Source of the DNA: Pecten maximus
Taxonomy: Eukaryota
Length of the DNA stretch: 64,000 bases
Direction: 5' to 3'
NCBI RefSeq assembly: GCF_902652985.1
Contig: NC_047027.1
Location: forward strand, 24,490,001-24,554,000
The notes beneath the pieces were generated by a model. The model had not been told where the DNA came from and made no database searches. It saw only the letters and a program-made list of their open reading frames with translations. The position numbers were made by a program, and so were the translations under genes. How positions within the stretch are numbered: position 1 is the stretch's first letter; every line of letters begins with the position of its first letter. Shown here piece by piece: positions 13,301 through 25,792 of the stretch.

Positions 13301-16300
13301 TAGAGTTCAGCTCTGTAGCAAAAATCAATAAAATAAAATTTACCATGCATTTCAACACACACATTATTTAGATGTCAAGTTACACCCTTTACCTATTCAT
13401 CCGTTTACCATGTCATCATCCTCGAAACTAAAGGTTTACGATCACTTTCGATCTCTCCACATCCGCAATCATCCACGATAATGCAATGCACAAAGTTTAC
13501 TATCACTTAAACTGTCTCCACAACCGAAATAATACTCGATACAACAATGTTTACCGTCACTTTCGCTCTCTCCACAACTGATATCATCAACGATTCAACA
13601 ATGTTGATGATCACTTTCGCTCTCTCAACAACTGAAGTCATGCTTGATAATCAAGGATTACATTCATATTATCTAAATCTGAAATCGACTTGAACTGGGC
13701 TTGCTTGGCGGAGTCATCGATCACGCAGAAGACGCACCCTTCCGAAACACCTGGTCATATTCTTACACTTTGTCAATAGTCTAACAATAAATTATTATTT
13801 CTTAGGTTCCAACAAATTAGGGTCAAACTACTTATTTCAGCACGTCGATATTAAGGTATTTCAAAGAATAAAAATATCGTTAGTTATAAAAATTGTACAA
13901 TTTGGGATTCCAGATAGTTATCCGTTAACAATGACATGAATTGATACTCACTAAGAAACTTAAGCGCTTTTCTTCATCTGTAAATATATAATATCTTATA
14001 TCGATGAAATAGTGACATAACAATTTCTGAGCCATAGTCTCATGTCACTATCTGTCACAGTACATTTGTTATTGTGTTATGCGTACAGTCCAAGGACCTT
14101 ACTCACTATCCATGTTGCAGTAGAGTAAACATTGTGTTATACTAACAGTTCAAGGATCGCCTTAACTATCCCTTTCTATGGGAAGTGGTGAAATGTGCTT
14201 AAAATTCCATAGTCCCGTTTCACTACCTATGCCACAGTACACTAGATATTGTGTTATACTTACAGTCCAAGGACCTCCTTCACTATCCATGTCACAGTAC
14301 ACGTTGAAGCTGTATTTTGGGACAGGTGTGATAAGATACACTCCAGAAGAACAGGTTGAACCCAGGTCCTCACATGTTGTGATATCTAAATAACAAAATC
14401 GGTATGTCTGTGGATGAAAAATTTCATTAAAACTGTCCACTTGAGACCTATTTAGCCCTACGCACCACGAGCCGTCTACCTGTAGGAACCGCAAGCCGTC
14501 TATCTGTAGGCACCGCGAGCCATCTATCTGTAGGAACCGCGAGCCGTCTATCTGTAGGAACCGTGAGCCGTCTATCTGTAGGCACCGCGAGCCGTCTATC
14601 TGTAGGAACCGCGAGCCGTCTAGCTCTAGGCACCGCGAGCCGTCTATCTGTAGGCACCGCGAGCCGTCTAGCTGTAGGAACCACGAGCCGTCTAGCTGTA
14701 GGCACCACGAGCCGTCTATCTGTAGGCACCGTGAGCCGTCTAGCTGTAGGCACCACGAGCCGTCTATCTGTAGGCACCGTGAGCCGTCTAGCTGTAGGCA
14801 CCACGAGCCGTCTATCTGTAGGCACCGCGAGCCGTCTATCTGTAGGCACCGTGAGCCGTCTATCTGTAGGCACCGCGAGCCGTCTATCTGTAGACACCAC
14901 GAGCCGTCTAGCTGTAGGCACCACGAGCCGTCTATCTGTAGACACCACGAGCCGTCTAGCTGTAGGCACCACGAGCCGTCTAGCTGTAGGCACCATGAGC
15001 CGTCTATCTGTAGGCACCGTGAGCCGTCTAGCTGTAGGCACCGTGAGCCGTCTATCTGCATGCATGCGAGCCATCTAACTGTAGGAACCGCGAGCCGTCT
15101 AGCCCGAGATACCGCGCCATCTAAGCCCTAGACACTACGCCGTCTAGTACTTGGCCCCGCGAGCAAAAGGACTAGCTTTTAATATTGTAGTTATAAACAC
15201 ATAATATACAAAATATAGACGTACTATATACCCGATATATATATATAAGTACAGCTGACATAAGATATATCGACACAAACCTTCATTAACAGAAACTTTC
15301 CATTTACCAAAAACAAAGAAATCCTTACCCTAACCAAAAAAATCCTGCCGCCAATTAAAAAACGGAGCTTCCACCAAAAACTTGCGTCTTATAGATTGCC
15401 GACTAGCAATAAAATAGACGGGGTAACTACAACAACCCATAACAGGATGGTCTTACGGTTACTTTAGACCTGCAATAGATTTCACATGCATTTCTCAAGT
15501 CTGTCTGCTAGCGAAAAAATAAGATAAAAAAGAAAGATCGAGATCGAGAAAGAGTATTATGCCTACATGTAATGGAATGAATAAAGTATGGCGAATGATA
15601 CCCCTCTTACACGAGCACATTTATGTATCTGTTTGCGACTTAGAAAAATAAAATTTATTTGAACCTTAACAAAAAAAAAAAAAAGATAAAATAATAAAAA
15701 AAAATCTTAAAATCTTTTTACCTCATATTTAACGTTTTAACCCCCTAAAATTACTATTTTGATACATTTCGGATATATGTAGGCCCCTAATTTCCACTAC
15801 TACCAAAATACCTCTTCATTTGAGTGAACCTTTACGAATTAACCTACAGTATACTGTAAATCAAAAAGTCGATATGAATTGCTCGTTGCCTTAGTAGAGA
15901 ATACCTGTACCCTGAGCAAATGGCCACGCGAAAGCGTTCGTACACCATGTTTTGACCTCGTATCCGCAAAGACAAATGATTCCCACTATTACTAAACGAA
16001 ACGCGGACATATATCATCATATGTGAATGGCTAAATTTTGACCAACCGGAAGGTTATGTTGATGTTTAATTAATGCTATCTTCCAGACCACCATCACCAC
16101 ATACCCATCTGCAAGCTTTATTATCAACAACAACCACTCTCTGCAGCATTATGATCACCACCATCACTGCGATACTAAACATCTCAACCAATGTTATGAA
16201 TCAGAGACCGACAGTTGTTTACAACACCAAATAATATATAGAGGATATCTAACAGTGTCTTCAGTAATACCAAATATATTTCACGAGTGGGGCTAATATT

Positions 16301-17980
16301 TGGATATTTTTCACTCGTGCTGCGCACTCGTGAAAAATATCCAAATATTAGCCACACGAGTGAAATATATTTGGTATTACTGAAGACACTGTTAGATATT
16401 TTGTTTATTACATTTTTTATCAACGAAAACCCTACCCCGTATGCTAACTAGGCCTACAGCAATAATTTGTAAACAAAAAAAGTAGTTTCCCCTGTCCAGG
16501 TGCTGACATATATGTCGGGCTTTCTGATTGGTCAATTATTTTGGTATTTTATAGATATATTGATGCAAATATAGCAATTAAGGACCACCACCACCACCAC
16601 AATCGCCGCTGCAATCACCGCCATCGCCACCGCCACCGCCACCAGTACTATCATAACCATTGAATACTGTAAATCACTTATATTTCGCGTGGGATTTATT
16701 TTCTCGTTAATTGGCGAAGAGAGTCAAACGCGAATTCAAATCCCTCGCGAATATTTATATCAGAATGGCAAAAATAAGTGGCGTCCATTTTGAATCTACC
16801 ATACTCTTTAGTTGGTGAACAGACATACTTATATATCAGATTGTACATTGAAAACAACTCACTTCACTCTCCACATGGACATATCGCCGACGTCATTCTC
16901 GAATTTAAAGACATTTTGAGGTCAGAATTCGCGAAATTATGTATTCGCGAATAAGTCGAATGATAAATATAAGTGATTTACAGTATTCGTCATTCATATT
17001 GCACCGGGTCAGACTAGATTATTCCATAAGAATATCCAAAATATACGAACGTACGAATTGCATCGCTATATAATTTTGCAATTTTTGACACATAATAGTA
17101 CTTTTACCTACCTTCTGTTGAAGCATGAACATAAATCACATCCGTCTCCGCTTGAGTGTTGATATCGTGGGGAAAACACTGTCGAGATGTTCCGTCATAC
17201 GTCGCCACTGGCCGGTTGTACGTCAGAGAGGTCACTAAACACTCTATAGGCGATAACGCCACCGTAGATTGATAAGTGTTGCCCGGTAATTGTCCAGTAT
17301 GACAAATGGTTTCCATGTTCCAAACGTTATGGGTAGTTTCAAAACATACCACAACTCCAAACACTGGAAAACATATTAATCAGTTAACATCGCATTGCCT
17401 TCCAAATTAGACTTGACCTATTGCTCAAGGAAAAGGCTATTTTTGGCCCAAGGGTGGAGCAAAAATGTTTTGTATAATCTTTATGCATTTTCGTTGTTCC
17501 TTGAAAATTGAGACAAATGTACCTCTTGAAAATAACAACATTAAAGATATGTTGTGTGCATTATTTCAACACATAAATATACTGTATCGTACTGACAAAG
17601 GATTGTACACTTCTATAGAGCAAACAGATAATAACTAAAATACAGTCAAAATTGCCTTAGTAACCACCTGAATTTAAAGACTCACTCTCTTATGTGCCCA
17701 CATCCCCCTCCCAATGATATTTACTATACATGTTACCCGAACCTGGATTAAGATTACACTTGTCATATGTGACCGTTTTGTTGTCCGTTTGAGAAGCCAC
17801 ATTGACGGGTTTTACAGTATGTGTCCGTAAACTAGTGAAACCGTAGCATCCAACTGTTTTTCCCTTCTAAATCAGTAATGCTAGGAGTCAAACGTTTAGA
17901 AATCCATTCGACTCCATGATATTCTTACCTGCTATCAAAGGAGACATCGATAGACAATGTATCGGTTTGCTTTGCGCCAT
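7065..17980 (-). CDS. Secreted fibrinogen-related domain protein (FReD; ficolin/angiopoietin-like fibrinogen-C domain) with N-terminal PAN/apple-like region, 320 aa, 6 exons: 17929-17980, 17112-17363, 14264-14385, 12254-12350, 10404-10565, 7065-7342
   Basis: All introns are GT-AG with compatible phases; 963 nt open through the stop. Motifs: MAQSKPIHCLSMSPLIAVFGVVVC (signal-like), TCEDL..[89 protein letters not shown]. Confidence 0.92.
7535..7800 (+). mobile_element. Degenerate tRNA-derived SINE (Meta-domain-like family)
   Basis: TGGGAGTGGGACGACT..CCCATTGTCAGTATAATATGACC core and GATAGGACGTTAAAC tail; related to 18395-18670. Confidence 0.6.
9420..9780. mobile_element. Non-autonomous foldback element with internal palindrome
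   Basis: ATGAAACAAATTTTGTTTG...GAATCCGCTACGCGGATTC...CAAACAAAATTTGTTTCAT hairpin centred near 9722; flanking TGATTGGTC and TGACGTCA motifs. Confidence 0.65.
10404..10565 (-). CDS. FReD exon 5
   Basis: NEHIFVLTKTPCILRVQLESWNGTFGYAEYSTFQV...; cag/gtaagt boundaries; not in the ORF track. Confidence 0.92.
10595..11900 (-). mobile_element. 5'-truncated L1/Tx1-clade LINE with poly(A) tail and 13-bp TSD
   Basis: ORF 11037-11744 has the C-terminal zinc-binding region (WEKVW, LHWKSIHKIIYT, CHMC, ETLTHLFFHC, WVIWKARN). AATAAA plus an A-tail lie at ~10595-10626. TSD tgtcgttcatgtt at 10582-10594 and 11901-11913. Confidence 0.92.
12254..12350 (-). CDS. FReD exon 4
   Basis: [32 protein letters not shown]; ccag/gtgag boundaries. 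Confidence 0.93.
12672..12850 (+). mobile_element. Degenerate SINE (second V-domain-like family)
   Basis: CCGGGGTTTGATTTCCC B-box-like motif, then ACCACGTAGGTTTTCTCTGG..GGTTTCCC core. Confidence 0.55.
12897..13101. mobile_element. ~205-bp CpG-rich MITE with ~35-bp TIRs
   Basis: ATGGTGGCCGGTTAGGGCCACCTCGTAATCTCGCGA ... TCGCGAGATTACGAGGTTGCCCTCACCGGCCACCAT; interior built of TCGCGA/CCTCGC repeats. Confidence 0.85.
13400..13660. repeat. Degenerate ~55-60-bp tandem repeat, ~4 units
   Basis: Recurring TCACTTTCGCTCTCTCCACAAC..ATCATC..CGAT..CAATGTTTAC. Confidence 0.65.
14040..14302 (-). repeat. Tandem 60-bp duplications spanning the FReD exon 3 end and its splice donor
   Basis: Unit GTGTACTGTGACATGGATAGTGAAGGAGGTCCTTGGACT|GTAAGTATAACACAATATCTA recurs in decayed or partial form 3-4 times into the intron. 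Confidence 0.8.
14264..14385 (-). CDS. FReD exon 3
   Basis: [40 protein letters not shown]; tttag/gtaagt boundaries. Confidence 0.93.
14455..15150. repeat. 24-bp GC-rich minisatellite (~27 units) in FReD intron 2
   Basis: Unit GAGCCGTCTA(T/G)CTGTAGGCACC(G/A)(C/T); accounts for ORFs 14162-15061, 14448-15074 and 14563-15078. Confidence 0.97.
16225..16540. mobile_element. Non-autonomous foldback element with ~150-bp near-perfect palindrome
   Basis: TATCTAACAGTGTCTTCAGTAATACCAAATATATTTCAC ... GTGAAATATATTTGGTATTACTGAAGACACTGTTAGATA (16245-16398); downstream TGATTGGTC. Confidence 0.75.
16584..16643. repeat. (CAC/CGC)n trinucleotide repeat
   Basis: Seen directly. Confidence 0.8.
16667..16983. 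mobile_element. Tc1/mariner-type MITE, TA TSD
   Basis: TA|CTGTAAATCACTTATATTT ... AAATATAAGTGATTTACAG|TA. Confidence 0.88.
17112..17363 (-). CDS. FReD exon 2 (end of signal peptide + PAN/apple-like domain)
   Basis: FGVVVCFETTHNVW...SPIECLVTSLTYNRPVATYDGTSRQCF; phase 1-1 exon, ccag/gtaggt boundaries. Confidence 0.85.
17641..17819. mobile_element. Degenerate Tc1/mariner-type MITE
   Basis: TACAGTCAAA... and ...GACGGGTTTTACAGTA imperfect termini. Confidence 0.55.
17929..17980 (-). CDS. FReD exon 1 (start codon, signal peptide)
   Basis: aagATGGCG context, MAQSKPIHCLSMSPLIA, G|gtaag donor in phase with exon 2. Confidence 0.8.
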
Positions 17981-18394
17981 CTTTCAGCAACAGCAGAATC
18001 ACCTACAGTGCTGCTCTTGTGTCAACAGCTAAAATACATGTACATAATATATACGCACAATCGCAGAGGGAGTCGTTGTGCGTTGACCATAACTTTTTAG
18101 TATTATTGTTGTGTAGCAGTATATTCTGATCATTTTTGGCTTAGAAATGAAATATTAATTCGTCATCGCTTTGTAGTCAGGACCATTGTTGTATGATCTT
18201 TTTATGGACTTTATGTCATCGAGGTCGTGAATGATGGGATCACTATCACTGTCACACAACTTAGAAATACCCAATCTGGACAGGATAGCATGGGACTCAC
18301 TTGGCACATTATACTGACTTGGTTAGCATTGTTTAACATCCTGTGAACAGCTAATGTTATGCAATGACAACCGTCCTGTATGCAAGCTACATGC

Positions 18395-18670
18395 GTGTGG
18401 CACGTGCGCTTATTTTGGGACGAATACAGTATGTTCACGTTAGCGCAGAGCTGATGTCGATTTATAGTACTACCTTAACAAAGTATACTGCCGAAGACAT
18501 CCAGCAGGACACCCCATCCGGTCACATTATACTAACAATAGGCAAATTAGCCGCCCCTCTCATAATATGTTGAGAGTTAGGCAAGAGTAGAAACTATGAT
18601 TTTAAAAAGACTCTGGTCACAGGGGCGAACGCTCACCTTTAGACCAAATGTGAGGTAGTGTCAAGAGAGA
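18395..18670 (-). mobile_element. Degenerate SINE (Meta-domain-like); duplicated at ~27530-27800
   Basis: Reverse strand reads TTGTTAGTATAATGTGACCGGATGGGGTGTCCTGCTGGATGTCTTCGGCAGTATACTT, matching the core of 7535-7800. Confidence 0.65.
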
Positions 18671-20533
18671 CATTTGGAGGAAGACAATTTTAAGAAAGAA
18701 AAGAAAAGAAAATATTTCAAACTTAATCTCCTCTTACGATCTAGCAATGGGGACAGTAGTTCCAGTTCTTTTGGTATGATATAGCAACACACGGATTTGA
18801 GAGATGCAGTCCATGGGAAACTTTTATGGAAACATGATTTATGGTTGCTGATATGCCTAGTGGTTTCGTTCTCACCACTCTGGTTTTCATTCTGAGAATA
18901 TGACTTTACCTGTATTTGACATATACATCCTATTAAGACTGCCCGTCCCGTCCCAACGATGTATCACGTCCATACCGTTTTGTCCAACGGCTGCCTGCAA
19001 CGTAATTCGAAGGTGTCTGATGTTGTATCGGCCTTATACAAATCTGATATGGGCTCACGTACATCAGAACTTCTGGCATATTTGTTATGACCTCGTTATA
19101 CAGGTAGGCTCAGACGACCTCTCGTATGTTGTTGTCCGTTAGGTTGTCGCAGGTACTACAGATAATGCCCGATCTGCTGTTAATGGAGCGATGAACCTAA
19201 GAAACATATGTCTACACAGACATACCAAAAGTTCATGATATTCTTTTTGATTAAATCTGATTATTGTTATTTGACATTAAACACTTGATTTATTTTACTT
19301 TATTTATCAAAATATGAGTCGAGTCTACAATAATGACAAACTGCGCGACAATTGTTAGTTACGCAGAACACAACGATCATACAGAAAATGATGTTATACA
19401 GAAAAAAACCAAGGTGCGTTCGAATACATATGTAGGAGGTGTGACCTCAGTCGTATATATGGCCAACCCAGGTTCTAAACTGGGCTTTTTTGTGGCGACT
19501 GGTGTAAATAATAAACGACTCACAAATAACAATTTGCATATCTATTATACGGAAGAAACATATACAAACAGCGATGCAGGCATAAAGCGGCCCCTTACCT
19601 TTAAGGCCACCGCTGGGACATACTGATACACACAAGACATTTTTGTTGTAAAATATTTAAAGTTTACATTTATATTTTAGATACAGGAAAGTACAGCCAG
19701 CATGCAGAACTTGACCCATTAACAGTTAAAAAATTAAAGGAAAGAGTAAGACTAAGTTCAAAAAGCTAGCATCTATCTATCGCAATGTACGTGTGTTGTA
19801 GTGTTATAGTAAACACGACAGCCAATGCCAGACACGTTTAAAATCGACCAATCAGCGCAAGGCTACTTTATTTGCCTTATCCCAAAAGTGGTTCCCGTAT
19901 TAAAACAAACATGGCCGACACGAGTGACAATAAACAAGTCCCAGCGGCAACATGACAAATGTGATGGGTTAAGGTATACACACTCACACAATCACAGATT
20001 CTAATCAGATCATTTCCCCTACACGTATACATCTCTCAGTATAGTATAAGCCTACAATACACACATATACAGATTGTACTAGCATGCCCAACTTTAACAC
20101 ATGTACAGCTGTTATATTGCATGATGATATCATGTAAAAAAATATTTCAATTTTAATTAGTATTTTAGTTTTCGTTTGATTTATTATTAGGTCGAATGCT
20201 TGTTTGCTTGATTGACTGATTATTTCATTCATTTATCCATCGATCCGATCCATTTAAAACTTGTCTACAGAACCAGAGACATATATGGCGATTGGCTCAT
20301 TTTGTACGTCTAAGTATATATGTAGAAATAAAGTTAACTGAGAATTTCTGTATGAACATTTTTTAACCCCACAACGGAGAATTTAAGAAAAAAAACTGAC
20401 AATACGTGTTTTGGAGTACTCTCTATCGTACCATTCGCAGATCGGCTTGACTTTACAAGACGCACATTATATAAAGATATTATATATGCTCCCGTTAAAC
20501 GTAACATATGTTTCAGGAGTATGACAATATACC

Positions 20534-20758
20534 GGGGCCCGCGGTGGCCGAGTGGTTAAGATATCCCGACACTTTATCACTAGCCCTTCACCTCTGGGTC
20601 GCGAGTTCGAAACCCACGTGAGGCAGTTGCCTGGTACTGATCGTAAGTAAGTGATTTTCTCCGGGTGCTCCGGCTTTCCTGCACTTCCAAAACTAGTCAC
20701 GTCTTTAATGACCCTGGTTGTTAATAGGACGTTAAACAAAATAAACCAAACCACAAAC
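20534..20758 (+). mobile_element. Full-length tRNA-derived SINE (V-domain-like) with TSD
   Basis: A box TGGCCGAGTGG, B box GAGTTCGAAAC, core TTTTCTCCGGGTGCTCCGGCTTTCCT, tail GGACGTTAAACAAAATAAACCAAACC; flanked by acaatataccg / acaatgtaccg. Confidence 0.9.
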
Positions 20759-23700
20759 AATGTACCGATATTATGACGTTACAATAAGACGGCGCCGTTT
20801 TGAATGGGTTGCTCAATACAATTCCAATGTATTTTTTTTCTTTTGTTACCCGGTGTTGTCTTCTACACAATTATTGTGAAAAATGTTCTTTATCAAAACC
20901 TGCAATAAATCTTGCAAAACTGTATCAAAAAATTGCATGATAACCTCTTATTTTACCTTCAATTGAGTGTGGAATAGAAAGTACCACTTTGATTGGTTAA
21001 AACAGTTTTTACATCAGTGATGATATAAAGATCTTATATCAATATTGATCAAATGAAATCAATGACATTAGCTATACATGTTATATGACTGTGATTTTTT
21101 TACCGTTTTCTGAATGGCCGAGACATATCTGGTAGGCCTTGACAAAATGCAATATTACCTGAAACTGGCGAACACCTGTTCAGAGGTGAATATTTCAGCC
21201 TGGTACCTCGGGCTGTAATTAGTAAAAGGGTGTTTCCTGATACTTCAGTATTTGACCAATAACCTTGGGACTTCAGAGCCAGAGAGCAGGTCACGACGGC
21301 GATACATCTCTAATATCCGTTTTTGGTCCCGCCTCTCCAATCCATGGGGAGAAAGAGGCACCATTTATACAACGTTTATTTTGGGAATAAGTGTTGTCGG
21401 TAAGTATGAAATATTAGGTTTATCCGACATATTAATCACTCAAAAGTAACGAAACCGGATATTGATACTTCTAGGAACATAAATCGTTATTCGTTATTGT
21501 TGATTGAGAGCTCAAACAGACAAAAGTACGTAATAACCCTCAAAAGAAACATGTGAAATTTTGACATTCGGCGATGGGGCCTCCAACGGGGATACTCTGA
21601 GCATGTATTTATTAGGAATCACGTAACCAAAAATATATCATTTGTGGCATATTAAGGCATCATTTTTGCAAACTCACTTTAAATATTGAATTTCGTTGCG
21701 TCATAATTGAATACGCAGACGAAATGTTAGGGCCACACATGTAGTAAAACGCTTCGCGTCGGGCAATAGTCAGGATCTTTAGTACCAGCAAAATCACTGT
21801 TGCCCTCATCCCCAGTCAATATTTGTATAATGTTATGGTGTTCCGAAAAAAGCGTCATCGATTTTACTGGTACTAGCTAACACGCGGTATTTTGCCGATA
21901 ACAAAATGTGTCTTAAAGTATGTCTGACTATGCTTACTTTTCAGCGGCTTGGTTCCCCATAAATACATATGTAGAGTATTGACAGTGTATACCAACGTTA
22001 AACATGGTAAATATTAAATACATTTACATCTTGTTCTCGTGTGTTTTTCAGGTCTCCGCTTCCACTAGTAGCAATATCCGGTTTCGTTTCTACAGTATTA
22101 ATGAATTGCTTTAATGTATGCCAAAAACTGTTCAAGGAAATTGAGGCGAGGCCTTTGACTTGGTGATACGAGCAAAATCCATCAAGTTTTTTAATTGCAA
22201 ATCTGTTCTTGCGCCTGGATTTATGACTGAATTGTTGAGTCTGATCACAGACACACTTTGATGTATGAAAGTATCTTTTTGGGATAATAATATACACAAA
22301 ACATGATGCTATGTTTCTACTACTTCATCTAATATTTTCTGCAACGAATATCGGTTGGGCTGCAAACAACCATGTACCATTCGATTAAGGAGAGCCTATA
22401 CTTTTAATACACGCATCGTTATCCTCTTCGCGAGCTGTCTTCTGACCACTTGTTGCTTTTCCAGAAAATGACCACTACGAATAACCGATTGCTTTTGAGC
22501 GATTCAGACGTGATTTTGTGTATGTGAAAACTCCTGAAGCCATTTGGACACCACAACATAAGTAAAATTATATACGTTATAACAAATGTTAAGTATCGCA
22601 CGCGTCAGTTTTCAGCTGTGTTCTGCGAGAGCTAACGAAAGGGTGTAAAAGTCTATACGCGTATATGGCGTTAGTACTGACTGGATTTCTTGATGCCTTG
22701 CCTTGATGCCAGCGCTGTAGGGCTTTTGTTATCGATCATGTATTATTCACAAAACTCTGGCTTTGGTTTAGCATAAGTGAATCGAAAGTAAAAACATGCA
22801 GGGCTGGTTATGGTAATTTATTCAATTGCTGTACAGAAAACAAAAATAGACATTTTTATTCTCTAACTTCACTGTGCGATATGAAGTTTTTACCTGTTAT
22901 ATTCCCGTTAATTATCATTCTTGGTGGTTACGTATTCATTACCTCGGCTCTCACTTTAAGAACGTGACACTGCCATTATTTGACCGAAATTTACAGTGAA
23001 TGCTGGGTAGTTGAAATTGAAGACGCTTTCCCTCATGGACACATGGTCTTCGCCAATATCATATTATCATTTACTTTTTTAAGAGAGTGAAATATATACA
23101 TGTATAATCTTCTTGCTTCGAACGTTTGTGAAATATGTAAAGGGCTTGTTCCCTATATCAAGATTCAAAAGATTGGAAAGATTCAGGTTAATGAAAACCA
23201 TGAGTCACTTGATGATCTCATTTGGAAACACATGTATTCTTTTCCCTTTTGCGATATGAAGCGGTATTCGTTTGTTAACATTCGTTGCAGTTCCGTTGTA
23301 ACCAACGTAGTTAACAATATTCCCTCATTTCACCTGCCAGTATTCTTCTTTCTTTCCTTTCTTTTTTATCCTATTACCTGTGTTGTCTCCTCTATCCAAA
23401 TTCTATGTAAAATATTGCTGCTTTAGATAGGGGTCATAATGACTAACTCTGAAGCGATGCAGACAATAATGAATTTGTTAAACGTTATTTGGATGAGGAA
23501 AGTACATGTGAACAATGATCAAAGTAAAAATGTTCTACGTCCCAGAAAACCCGAGTATAGAAATACATAACAAACGATTGCTATAAGATAGTTATGTTTA
23601 TCAAATTAAAACAATAAATGACTATATTGTATTTACATATATAATCTGATCGTAGCCTCTTGTCGGTTTGGACAGTTTAGTTGGGGACTAGGAGCTTTAT

Positions 23701-25792
23701 CCGAGAAGGTTACGGAAAATCCTCCTGGAACGTCATTTACGTTAGGAGAAGCCGAGTTGGCGACTCCTCGGGACATCCATACTCCAATATTAAAGGATAA
23801 CGCGCCGAGATACTTATGTCGTAAAAACTCGAACCTCACAAGACCGATTCACACTGCACAGACTCATTCTTTCAAAAGCTGTTTCTCTGTATTTTATATT
23901 TGTTCCGTTTGATTCAAACATTCCCTATTTTGAAAAAGCAAAGCTGCCATGTTACGAAATAGGTTACGTAAAGCGGTAAAATGATGTAGCAAAATGTTTT
24001 GTGTCAAAATATTATCAACTTTGTGTGAATTGATAATTGAACTGTTTAATTGGGTTATATGATACCTAAACTGTAAGCAAACATCGTTGACATCAAGTGT
24101 AAACTTATAAATACTGATATTAATGTCTCTTTCTTTCCGCACTAAAATCAGGACAATGTCTGAAAGGGTTCGGTTGCTAAAGGCCGGTTGGCGGCAGATG
24201 AACAAAGATGTCAGCGCTCAGAAGAGGACGTATTAAACCACATCATTATATTTACATTCTGTGTTGCATTTGCCTATATGTCGTTAGTAAAGCAAATTGT
24301 ATTAATGAGACTGTATACTACAATTTACAGTGATTCCGTCAGAGTAGGAATACAGCCCAAGGTGTTGCTGGTCAAAACAATGGCTGCCAATTACTTTTGG
24401 CCTGGAGAGATTTCGAATGCTAGCATTTATTATCCACAACACAAAAATTCATTTCACAAGTTATGAGAGTAATATTTTATAATTAAAACAAAATGTAGTC
24501 AATACAAATTAACTATAAGCGTCGTTCTTGATATAAGAATATTATCAAATTAACGGGCGACATTATATTTATCTGTCACCCAAATTGTATTCATATCGAC
24601 AGTATACTGCCATTTGGTAACAGTTCAATGCTTAAATATACTTATATTTTATAATATGTTAGTGTTAGATACTAGATTATTGATACTGAACTTAGGAATA
24701 GAGTTAATACCTCATAAATGATTAGTAACACAACAATTTTCCTCAGCTGAACAGTAGGGTAACAATACACATATTTTCTCATCTGAATTTGTGTATGCTG
24801 ATTTTCATTAGGCAATTTATATTCAAATTCACAATAAGTTTTAAAAATCAATTTATACCAATAAAAAAGGATTTCATCCTGGTGGGCGGAGAATTTTTTA
24901 AAAAAAGGGAATGTTGTAACACAGACCGCGTTACTATCAATAACGGACACAGAAGTCACTGACCTCTGAACCGGTATGAAGTCATCGGCCTATTAATTCT
25001 AACGTATTGACTAGGAGACCAAATCTGTGGAATGTATACATAGTGGCCAATCAAAGGCCATGACATACAAAGACACAAAAATAATCCCGTGATATATGTT
25101 ATATAGCAATGACCACTGACTGCTACGAAGAATGACATACATAGGTATATATATAAGGAAGCTATACATCACAGTATACAAAATAATATTGCATTTGATG
25201 TAGTCGCATGCAGATTCGTATACAAGATAGTACATGGATATCATAAAAAATATAATAGACATGTGTATTATTTTACCGTTATCATTTACCAATTGTGCGT
25301 TTTATTGGACAACTTGATTAAAAATCACAAAGTACGTTTTTTTTTCAATTGTCACCCGGAACAAATGTTGCACGTGGATACACCCGCGTTGATTTTTGAA
25401 TTGGGAGTATAACTTATGTAGTGTAACAAGCAAAGAAACATGGCGTTAACTTATTTCACTTCTGCATAGAGATATGACGAAAGTTGGTTGTAGCTACAAC
25501 AGCTCGAATTTTAGACAATACACCAGGAACGAGGTCCAATTGTTCGGGGATATCCAGGTTAGCCTTAACGTCACTATCGTAGACTGTACATCCGCTTCAG
25601 TTCCTTGTTTACCTTATCATACAAGCGTATGCAAAATGAAAGATGGCAGGTGTCCCTGTGATAAGGCCTTGTAGACCGAAGATAATCTAAAAAAATAGAT
25701 ATTGATGTTTAAATATTGAACAGCTGACTAGCAGTGTTGCGCTTGAATACAATATATATTCCTACGCATGGAATGATGTCACGATTTGGGTG

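Larger units (their letters stand above)
16825..19246. repeat. Left arm of a large inverted duplication (partner 26949-27851 + 35902-37295)
   Basis: Reverse-complement identity, reflected in ORF pairs 17104/36729, 18364/27625 and 18900/27053. Confidence 0.95.

Noticed and set aside
14455-15150. Regular short repeats (also 48610-49525, 62877-64000) as CRISPR-like arrays
   Set aside because: Head-to-tail units with no unique spacers, eukaryotic context, no cas genes.
19681-19745. Small plus-strand exon-like segment (TGKYSQHAELDPLTVKKLKE) between ttttag and gtaag
   Set aside because: Isolated, no partner exons identified, could be chance.
20534-20620. Functional tRNA gene
   Set aside because: A/B boxes run into a SINE body and tail with TSD, with further copies in the window.
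21480-22700. Possible decayed DNA transposon with a THAP-like remnant (VIRSGHF)
   Set aside because: No matching termini or continuous reading frame found.
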